Below, in pieces: positions 56,656 to 64,000 of a stretch of 64,000 nucleotides of DNA (position 1 is the first letter of the stretch; every line of letters starts with the position of its first letter). The notes below the pieces were generated by a model, which saw nothing but the letters and a program-made list of their open reading frames with translations, had not been told where the DNA came from and ran no database searches. The DNA is taken from assembly GCA_964643135.1 (NCBI GenBank), contig CAZXPC010000001.1, positions 39,726-103,725 on the forward strand, read 5' to 3'. The DNA comes from an uncultured Candidatus Saccharibacteria bacterium (lineage in GTDB: Bacteria > Patescibacteriota > Minisyncoccia > UBA6257 > Colwellbacteraceae). The position numbers were made by a program, and so were the translations under genes.

Positions 56656-58056
56656 ATGAAAAATAAAATTATCCTCTATCTCAACATTCTGTTCGCCGGT
56701 TTGGTTTTGACGACCGGGTTCGCCTTTGCGACCGGGAGTTGGTCAGCTCCGACCGCCAATCCGCCTGGCAATAATGCCGAACTGCCTCTTAATGGCAGCG
56801 ATTATGGGCAGACAAAGAAAGCTGGCCTAACTTTAAATACGAGCGGTTTTCCGACCGGCCTCGTTATTGATAAAGGGACTCTCCAAATTTCAGCTTTGGC
56901 TAGCGCCAGTTGCATAGTCAACAATAAAGTTATCTCAACCGACGCTTCTGGGGTCGTGACTTGTGTGACCGCTCCCTTTGCCACTGAGTCCAATCATTCC
57001 AAGACTTCTGATAGTGCTACAACCGCCGGAAGTGCTGGCAGCGCCACTAACGCTACCTATGCGACTAACCTAGCCGGAGGTACCGCAGGGCAAATCCCGT
57101 ATCAAAGCGCGCCAAGCGTTACAACTTTTGATAATGCTCTGAAATGGGTCAAGACCGGGAGTCCAAGTGTCTTTCCGTATACCAACGACACCCTGACTTT
57201 GATCGGGGGTCACGAATACGTTTCAACAGTGAATGATACCGCCATTTTAGGGGAGAGCGGGAATAGTTACGGCGTGTGGGGCTACAGCCACAACAGCATT
57301 GGAGTTTTTGCCACCGGTCTAATATATGGAATAGATGGCTCGAGCAGCGCTGCAGTTCAGCCGGGCATACCCAACCCTTCCGGAGCAAGGTTCAAGGGAT
57401 CGGGATCACTTACGACTTACATATCAAACAATAATGGTGGCTACAGCGTTGACGGCAATGGCCCCATCAGCGGAACGCAATATTGTATTAGCAGAGCTAA
57501 TTGCATATCCGGCTGGAAGAGCACTTGGACGTCTGGCGATGCGGTCAATCTTGTAATGAGAGATGCTTCGGGTAACTTCGCGGCTAATAACATAACTGCC
57601 GCTAATACCATAACTGCCAACAAATTGACCGTTAATACAGTTGACCCTGTTTATACCATTGGCGGGGTGAATTATGCGACCTACATGCCCGGCATGACAG
57701 GCGTTAAAGAAGAAACGACCGGCACGCTCACTTTAAGCGGTAATAAATATGTAGTTGATCTGAATAATTTATCTGAAGGCTCGGATCTCTGGCTCTTCAG
57801 TAAAGCCACGAATCTTAAGAATAATTTGAGTAAACTGACGATTATCTTAACCCCTTCGTTCGATGGGCGAGTGTGGTACGCAAAAGACTTAGTCAATAAC
57901 AAGCTAACTATTTACGGATCTCCAGCTAACAGCTCTCAGCTAACAGCTATAAGCTATGAAGTGAGCTACCGCTTAACCGCGCCTAGGTTCGACTCAGCGA
58001 GCTGGACTAATTATAACCACGATATCGGAGTGAGCGGACTAACCATCAATAATTAA
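56656..58056 (+). CDS. secreted fibre/adhesin-like protein
   Basis: Signal peptide, WSAPTANPP.NN motif, Gly-periodic GVxG beta-strand repeats, S/T/N-rich. Confidence 0.7.
   Translation: MKNKIILYLNILFAGLVLTTGFAFATGSWSAPTANPPGNNAELPLNGSDYGQTKKAGLTLNTSGFPTGLVIDKGTLQISALASASCIVNNKVISTDASGVVTCVTAPFATESNHSKTSDSATTAGSAGSATNATYATNLAGGTAGQIPYQSAPSVTTFDNALKWVKTGSPSVFPYTNDTLTLIGGHEYVSTVNDTAILGESGNSYGVWGYSHNSIGVFATGLIYGIDGSSSAAVQPGIPNPSGARFKGSGSLTTYISNNNGGYSVDGNGPISGTQYCISRANCISGWKSTWTSGDAVNLVMRDASGNFAANNITAANTITANKLTVNTVDPVYTIGGVNYATYMPGMTGVKEETTGTLTLSGNKYVVDLNNLSEGSDLWLFSKATNLKNNLSKLTIILTPSFDGRVWYAKDLVNNKLTIYGSPANSSQLTAISYEVSYRLTAPRFDSASWTNYNHDIGVSGLTINN
57923..57957. repeat. tandem 7-mer array inside the fibre-like gene
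   Basis: CAGCTAA CAGCTCT CAGCTAA CAGCTAT AAGCTAT. Confidence 0.7.
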
Positions 58057-58075
58057 TCGATTCAGAATTTCACCA

Positions 58076-59995
58076 ATGAAAGTTTTAAGTAAGTTATTAA
58101 TATTATTCTTCGGATTATTGTTGGCGGCGGCCGTTTTTTATCCAAATTCCGCTAAGGCCAGTGACTGCGCGGCTCCTTTGCCGGGGATGGTTAATTATAC
58201 CGTAAGCCCTTCGGGGTGCTCTTTTAATACCTCTGAAAGCGGAGGCGTAAATGGGGTGGACGGCGGTAATCTTACAATTCCTTCTAATACCACACTAACA
58301 CTTCAGCCCGGCCAGACAATTGTCTTCAATCCCGGGAATCAAGTTATTGTTTCTCCGACAGGGAAGATCGACGGGCCGCCTAATCAGATCAAAAAAACAA
58401 AACTATGGATGATCGATGCCAATAAAAATGGTTATCCGGCGAGCATGGCTCAATTTGCTTCAGATTCGCTGGGTCTGCCATATGTTAGAAGGAAAGATAT
58501 ATCAGTCTCTAACGGGGTGAATAATGGATTTTATCGACCGGCGTATTCATCCCTCAAAACTGTTGTTGATTGCAACGAAGCCACAGACCCAAGTGTAAGG
58601 GTGTATTGCCCGTCTGCCACTACCGGATCCTATACCAATAATGCTACCTCTTCTTATAGCGATACCGGTAATGCTAATAATGTTACTTTGAACGGGTCTG
58701 GCTATACAGGTGGTAAACCTAACGAAGTTTGGTTCCAATACTGGAAGTCCGGCGAGGCGCCCAGCGCATGCAGCGACAAAGGAGGCTCGGCCACGGCGCA
58801 TCATTATTTTGTTGATCCGTTTGGAGTCCCCATTACTTCCGGTTTGCAAACCAGGTCCGAAACTTTGTCCGGTTTGGATTTCGGGACGGTTTACAAATAC
58901 TGCTACATCTCATTAAACACTTACGGCATCGCTTTTGGCGATATTAATACTTTTACAACTCCACCATATATGTATACCAATGTTGGGCAGAGTGTTATAA
59001 ACCCGACGAGTGCTACATTGGTCGGCAATGTTACTGCCGGCAATATTTCGACAGATGCTTGGTTCGAGTGGGGTTTGGCGGGTGCGGAATCGGGAGTTTG
59101 CCGTTGGCCGAGTGGCGCTATGTATTATCCGAATAGCACCTCGCCTCACACATCGGTTTCTCCCGGTAGTGCTGTGTCATTTTCTGCTAATATATCTGGT
59201 CTTACCTCAGGAACAAATTACGCCTATTGCGCCTTAGGCTCGAACGGATCTCTTAAGAGCTCCGGTGGATCTGCGCTGAATGCCTACGGCTCAGGCATGC
59301 ACTTTACAACACCTTACAATATGAGTGTTTCTGTTTCTGGACCGGGCTCAGTTACCTCGGACCCAGCCGGCATAAACTGCGCGCCTACTTGCTCAGCTAA
59401 TTATAGCCCCAATACCAGAATTACTTTAACTGCCCACCCATCGCCCGACAAGATTCTTCAAAGCTGGGGAGGAGGAACTTGTAGTGGATCTTCTAATACC
59501 TGTGCTTTCTATATTAACGAGGACAAAAATGGATCAAAAACTATAACTGCCACATTCGTTTGCGCGCCTCACAACTTAACAGTTCAAAACGGAACAGGAA
59601 ACGCCAGCGGCTGTACCGGTACAGCGCACGCAATTTCAGCTAACTCGGCAACCTACCCAACAGTTTTCACCGGCTGGAGCCAGAATCCTAGCAACGGAAG
59701 CTTTGCCAACTCCGGAGCATTAAACACAAATTATACTCTGGGCACTGTTGATGAAACAGTGACGGCTAATTATTACACGTATAGCTGGCATTATTGTGTT
59801 CCCGAACAGTGGCCGATACCGAATCCCGAACCGCCACCAAATGGTAATTATTGCAATTTTAACGGCTGGATGGACATAGAAAGCAGCAATGGCAAGTGGG
59901 GAACCATGCATAATTATAACGGCGCATGGTGTAATATTAATGTTTTCGGAGATCCTGATCCGGGAGTTTCGAAGGCTTGCTATAAATGGTACTAA
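58076..59995 (+). CDS. secreted multidomain surface protein (FN3-like and InlB-B-like repeats)
   Basis: Signal peptide; two WF.(Y/W)...(L/I)SGL..GT.Y.YC modules; SVSGPGSVTSDPAGINC..TC...TLTA module. Confidence 0.7.
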   Translation: MKVLSKLLILFFGLLLAAAVFYPNSAKASDCAAPLPGMVNYTVSPSGCSFNTSESGGVNGVDGGNLTIPSNTTLTLQPGQTIVFNPGNQVIVSPTGKIDGPPNQIKKTKLWMIDANKNGYPASMAQFASDSLGLPYVRRKDISVSNGVNNGFYRPAYSSLKTVVDCNEATDPSVRVYCPSATTGSYTNNATSSYSDTGNANNVTLNGSGYTGGKPNEVWFQYWKSGEAPSACSDKGGSATAHHYFVDPFGVPITSGLQTRSETLSGLDFGTVYKYCYISLNTYGIAFGDINTFTTPPYMYTNVGQSVINPTSATLVGNVTAGNISTDAWFEWGLAGAESGVCRWPSGAMYYPNSTSPHTSVSPGSAVSFSANISGLTSGTNYAYCALGSNGSLKSSGGSALNAYGSGMHFTTPYNMSVSVSGPGSVTSDPAGINCAPTCSANYSPNTRITLTAHPSPDKILQSWGGGTCSGSSNTCAFYINEDKNGSKTITATFVCAPHNLTVQNGTGNASGCTGTAHAISANSATYPTVFTGWSQNPSNGSFANSGALNTNYTLGTVDETVTANYYTYSWHYCVPEQWPIPNPEPPPNGNYCNFNGWMDIESSNGKWGTMHNYNGAWCNINVFGDPDPGVSKACYKWY

Positions 59996-60001
59996 TAAGC
60001 A

Positions 60002-60205
60002 ATGAAATTAAAACCGCAATTTAATAATTTGGTGAAGTTTTCTGGGAAAGTTCGCTTGGTCGTTCTGCTCGGCCTAGCATTTGGTCTTGTAATCTTGCTA
60101 TTAGTCGGCCTTTTCATCTATAGCCGCCATTCTTGGCCGATGATCGGCGAGGGCGGCCCCATTCCTCCACTTGCGCCGGGCCAAGTTTCGCCAGCTCAAC
60201 AATAA
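60002..60205 (+). CDS. small membrane protein
   Basis: One TM helix; fills the gap between co-oriented genes. Confidence 0.5.
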   Translation: MKLKPQFNNLVKFSGKVRLVVLLGLAFGLVILLLVGLFIYSRHSWPMIGEGGPIPPLAPGQVSPAQQ

Positions 60206-60211
60206 ATATTT

Positions 60212-60748
60212 ATGATCGTATATGTACACGCTAAGAAAATATTAATAACTCTTTCGGTGGCGGTTTTAGTTTGCGCTGTGCTGGTTATAATTTTTGCAGG
60301 TTCCAGCATCAAGCAGGTTTTTAACCCCGGCCCGCCCGGCCCGCCGCCGACATTTGCACCGGCTCCGGCTAATATCAAAGTTCCGTCCGCGGGAGAAAGC
60401 ATCAGCAATCACGATATCAGCTCGCCTGTAGCCGTGGCGCCTTCGACGACCAATCCCGGCGAAGTTGTCAGGACTTTCAACGTCCGCGCTTTTAACAACA
60501 ATTATGACCACAATACGATTATCGTAAACGATGGCGATTTAGTGAAGATTAATTTTACCGCGGTGGATGATGCTTATGATCTGACTATTCCCGTTTTAAA
60601 GCTGCAGGTTAGCGCCAAGAAGGGCGAAACCAAACTGCTCGAATTCAAGGCGACGCCGGCAGGCAAGTATCTCTTCTATTGCGATCTTTGCGGCGGCATC
60701 AATTCTTCGATGCATGGATATCTGATCATCGCAGCAAAAGCTTCATAG
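60212..60748 (+). CDS. membrane-anchored cupredoxin-fold protein
   Basis: IIVNDGD.V.I.F, AGKY.FYCDLC......M.G. Confidence 0.75.
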   Translation: MIVYVHAKKILITLSVAVLVCAVLVIIFAGSSIKQVFNPGPPGPPPTFAPAPANIKVPSAGESISNHDISSPVAVAPSTTNPGEVVRTFNVRAFNNNYDHNTIIVNDGDLVKINFTAVDDAYDLTIPVLKLQVSAKKGETKLLEFKATPAGKYLFYCDLCGGINSSMHGYLIIAAKAS

Positions 60749-60750
60749 AG

Positions 60751-61722
60751 ATGAGCATCCTCATTAAGAACGTCCAGATCGTTGACGGTACCGGGAGCGA
60801 GCCATACAACGCGGATGTTTTCGTCGACAAGAATTTAATTTCCGCGATCGGGAACTTGAAAAGCAAGGAGGCGACCGAGGTTATCGAAGGAGCGGAGAAT
60901 TACTTAACGCCTGGTTTCGTTGATCTAGCATCATCTGCCGACCACGACCTGTCGATATTTCTAAATTCCCCGAAAACCAAAGAAATTAAGAACGGCGTTA
61001 CAACTATCTTAGGCGGCCATGGGGGAGTATCGCTTGCGCCGCTTATCTACGGCAGTTTAGATCTTTTGCGTCCATGGGGCGACGTTTCCAGAATCAATGT
61101 TGATTGGCATAGTGTCGGCGAATTTATGCAAACTCTGACTAAGCTCCAGCTGGGAGTTAATTTTGGTACGCTGGTTGGCTACCAAACCGTGAGAGAGGCG
61201 CTCATCCACAATGAGAAAAGGCCGTTAGCTAAAGATGAACTGAAAGTATTCAAAAAAATATTGATTGATTCATTGGATCAAGGCGCTTTGGGACTATCAA
61301 TAGACGGCGAAGATAATTCCTCTCGCAGTGAGATTAAAGAACTATTAGAAATTGTAAAAAACTATGGCGCCATATATTCGGTATATCTGAGAAAAGGAGA
61401 TAGGGCGAAAGCCGAAGAAGCTTTAAGCATCGCGCGCGAAATAGGTGTAAAAACTTTAATTTGCCTCCCTCGGGGAGAAGAGAATGCCGAGTCTGTAGAA
61501 AAAGTAGGAGGGGATGCGCTTTACGCTCCTTACCCGTTTTTGGACAACATCAGAAGCGAGAATTTGAGCGCTGCAGTTAAAAATATTACCTCAATTCCCG
61601 CGGAATTCTTGGGACTTAAAGACCGGGGAATTATCAAAGAAGGGAAGGTTGCCGATCTGACGATCCTCGACAAAAATGATTATAAGAAAAAAGAGGTAAT
61701 TCTAAAGGGCATAAGAATATGA
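60751..61722 (+). CDS. amidohydrolase (N-acyl-D-amino-acid deacylase-like), shortened and degenerate
   Basis: IVDGTG, PGFVD, GVTT, PAE.LGL.DRG.I.EG..AD; start ATG 60751. Confidence 0.8.
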   Translation: MSILIKNVQIVDGTGSEPYNADVFVDKNLISAIGNLKSKEATEVIEGAENYLTPGFVDLASSADHDLSIFLNSPKTKEIKNGVTTILGGHGGVSLAPLIYGSLDLLRPWGDVSRINVDWHSVGEFMQTLTKLQLGVNFGTLVGYQTVREALIHNEKRPLAKDELKVFKKILIDSLDQGALGLSIDGEDNSSRSEIKELLEIVKNYGAIYSVYLRKGDRAKAEEALSIAREIGVKTLICLPRGEENAESVEKVGGDALYAPYPFLDNIRSENLSAAVKNITSIPAEFLGLKDRGIIKEGKVADLTILDKNDYKKKEVILKGIRI

Positions 61723-62840
61723 GATTAGTGGGCATAAAACTGGGCGGAAGGCCGGCCCGGCCCGGCGATCAATTAATATTTTTCATAGTTCTCGCGCTGG
61801 TCCTTTTCGGTTTTGTGGCGCTTTCCTCCGCTTCTTCTGATTTGGCGAAACTGAAATTTAACGACCCTTATTATTATCTAACTCATCAGCTTGTCTACGG
61901 ACTGACTTTGGGCGTCGCCGGATTTCTCTTCGGATATTTCTTTCCTTATGAAAAATACAAGCGCCTGGCGCCGATAATATTTTTTGCGGCGATATTCTTC
62001 CTGGCGCTCACTTTTGTTCCCTCGCTGGGCTTTAACTCAGGCGGCGCCACCCGCTGGTTGAATCTGGGTCCGATCACTTTTCAGCCGGCCGAGTTTTTGA
62101 AGATCGCTTCTATCATTTATTTATCAGCCTGGCTCTCCGGCGGCAGAAAAAATAGACAGAAAGATTTTGTCCACGGCTTTATGCCCTTCCTCATTATTTG
62201 CGGATTTATCGGCACTCTTTTAATTCTGCAGAAATCGACCAGTTCGCTCGTTATCATTCTGGTTTCTTCGATTGCGGTTTATTTCGCGAGCGGCGCTAGA
62301 TTCAGATATTTGTTTTACTTCGGCGGACTGGGAGTTCTGGGGTTGATAGCGCTCATTATTCTCACTCCTTACCGGTTTCAAAGAGTCGCGACTTTCTTAA
62401 ACCCGAGCATAGACACTTCCGGCAGCGGCTATCAGATCAATCAAGCGCTCATCACCATCGGCTCCGGCGGAATTTTCGGCCGCGGTTATGGCAACTCAGT
62501 TTCCAAAAATTTCCTGCCCGAACGGATTGGGGACTCGATTTTCGCCATTATCGCCGAAGAATTTGGTTTTATCGGCGCAACGCTAGTCATCCTCGGCTTC
62601 CTTTTCCTTGTGATTAGAAGTTATATTCTGGCCTCAAAAGTGCGGGATCAATTCGGCAAATTGCTGCTTATTGGTTTTGCTACACTATTCGGCATGCAGG
62701 CTTTTATGAATATCGGGGCCATTTCGGGCCTGATCCCATTAACCGGCGTGCCCCTGCCGTTTATCAGCTACGGCGGAACTGCTTTGGCCGCTTTCATGAC
62801 TGCCACCGGGATTATGCTTAACATTACAAAAAGGGCGTAG
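61719..62840 (+). CDS. ftsW: SEDS peptidoglycan polymerase FtsW
   Basis: GATRW, FQPAEF.K, GYQ, D.IFA...EE.G, P.TG.PLPFISYGG; adjacent to murG. Confidence 0.92.
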   Translation: MRLVGIKLGGRPARPGDQLIFFIVLALVLFGFVALSSASSDLAKLKFNDPYYYLTHQLVYGLTLGVAGFLFGYFFPYEKYKRLAPIIFFAAIFFLALTFVPSLGFNSGGATRWLNLGPITFQPAEFLKIASIIYLSAWLSGGRKNRQKDFVHGFMPFLIICGFIGTLLILQKSTSSLVIILVSSIAVYFASGARFRYLFYFGGLGVLGLIALIILTPYRFQRVATFLNPSIDTSGSGYQINQALITIGSGGIFGRGYGNSVSKNFLPERIGDSIFAIIAEEFGFIGATLVILGFLFLVIRSYILASKVRDQFGKLLLIGFATLFGMQAFMNIGAISGLIPLTGVPLPFISYGGTALAAFMTATGIMLNITKRA

Positions 62841-62873
62841 AAAGTTAGCCGTTTTTAGTTTATAGTTCTTAGC

Positions 62874-64000
62874 ATGAATAAATTTCGAGTCATGGTTACG
62901 GGCGGGGGATCGGGCGGGCACATCTATCCGATCATTGCCGTCGTGACTGAGCTGCAACTCGAAGCGGCCAAACAGAATATCGACCTCGAAGTACGCTATC
63001 TGGGCTCCGCCGGCATGTATAAAAAACTCCTGGAAGACAATAATTTGAAAGTCAGCGGCATTCTTCTTTCTAAGATACGCCGCTATAAATTCTGGTCCAA
63101 TTTCTTGGAGATTCCTAAGTTTATTTTCAGCCTTTTCCAAGCTCTGTGGGGAGTCTATTGGTTCATGCCCGACGTGCTTTTTTCTAAAGGCGGTCCAGGG
63201 TCGGTGCCGGTCGTTTTGGCGGCAAGTTTTTACCGCATACCGATTGTGATTCACGAGTCCGATTCCGTGCCGGGCTTGTCGAACAAGCTGGCCGGCAAGC
63301 ATGCCAAGGTAATTGCTATCTCATATGCCGGCGTAGCTAAGTATTTCCCGGCCAATCAGAAAAACCAGCAGATAGTGCTGACAGGGAATCTGATCCGGCG
63401 CAGTCTTTTCACTAACATTCAGTTTACCCGCGAACAATATAAGCGGAGGCTTGGCTTTGATCCTGCAAAACCGCTGATTTTCATTTATGGAGGCTCTCAG
63501 GGTTCTCAGCGGATCAATAATTTTATCATTAAGAATCTGCCTCTTATTTTGGAAGTCGGCCAGGTCTATCACCAAACCGGCAAAGAGAATTATAACGAGG
63601 TTTTAAACGCGGCTATCGGAGCGTTAGCTGCCGTTCCGGAGGGTCTTAAAAGTTCTTATAAAGCTGTTCCGTATCTGAATTCCGACGCCGAAGTTCAAGC
63701 GGCTTACATCGCTTCCGATTTGGTTATCAGCCGCGCCGGCGGGCAAATATTCGAAATCGGCGGTTTTGGCCGGCCTTCGATACTGATTCCGCTGCCGGAG
63801 TCCGCCCAAGATCACCAAAGAACCAATGCTTATGAATATGAAGCCGCCGGCGCCGGAGTGGTAATCGAGGAAGATAATTTGGCTACCAATCTGTTTCTCA
63901 ATAAGGTGATTGAGATATTGAGCAACAAGGAAAAAACAGACAAAATGATCGAAGCGGCCAAGGCGTTCTATAAGCCGGATGCGGCTTTAAATCTAGCTAA
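62874..64000 (+). CDS. murG: MurG glycosyltransferase (runs off window end; not in ORF track)
   Basis: Own translation: MNKFRVMVTGGGSGGHIYP, IHESD, GGSQGS, HQTG, SRAG, HQRTNA. Confidence 0.93.
   Translation, partial: MNKFRVMVTGGGSGGHIYPIIAVVTELQLEAAKQNIDLEVRYLGSAGMYKKLLEDNNLKVSGILLSKIRRYKFWSNFLEIPKFIFSLFQALWGVYWFMPDVLFSKGGPGSVPVVLAASFYRIPIVIHESDSVPGLSNKLAGKHAKVIAISYAGVAKYFPANQKNQQIVLTGNLIRRSLFTNIQFTREQYKRRLGFDPAKPLIFIYGGSQGSQRINNFIIKNLPLILEVGQVYHQTGKENYNEVLNAAIGALAAVPEGLKSSYKAVPYLNSDAEVQAAYIASDLVISRAGGQIFEIGGFGRPSILIPLPESAQDHQRTNAYEYEAAGAGVVIEEDNLATNLFLNKVIEILSNKEKTDKMIEAAKAFYKPDAALNLA

Noticed and set aside
62739-63818. Three minus-strand ORFs at the window end
   Set aside because: They overlap the clear plus-strand murG, which the ORF track missed because it has no stop in the window
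1-64000. IS element, prophage, integron integrase or DGR reverse transcriptase
   Set aside because: No ORF with transposase, integrase, phage structural or RT motifs was recognised

Overview
Chromosomal window from a small-genome bacterium, most likely Patescibacteria (CPR, Parcubacteria-like; standard code 11). The assignment is inferred from the absence of rpmD, shortened L3/L15, TraG/VirD4-like ATPases, paralogous Cys-rich zinc-ribbon proteins and many near-leaderless genes. It carries the str/S10/spc ribosomal cluster (rpsL to secY, adk, map), fusA, tuf, efp, glmS, comEC, mnmA, aspS, ndk, sod, two def genes, a three-part citrate-cleavage set, tRNA-Pro(GGG), murA, mreB, rpmF, nusB, rnc, ftsW, a partial murG, surface proteins and orphan genes. 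Two signals stand out. (1) An identical 19-bp sequence ATAGCATATGTGCTATATT with a palindromic core covers the -10 element of both glmS and an XRE-HTH-MurA fusion gene 43 kb away, which suggests a MurA enzyme that also represses its own gene and glmS. (2) Seven related ~90-bp elements built from 7-nt-period TAAC...GTTA inverted arrays sit just upstream of ribosomal-cluster genes, and other 7-mer arrays occur elsewhere, some inside coding sequence. No database search or folding computation was run; family calls rest on recognised motifs.
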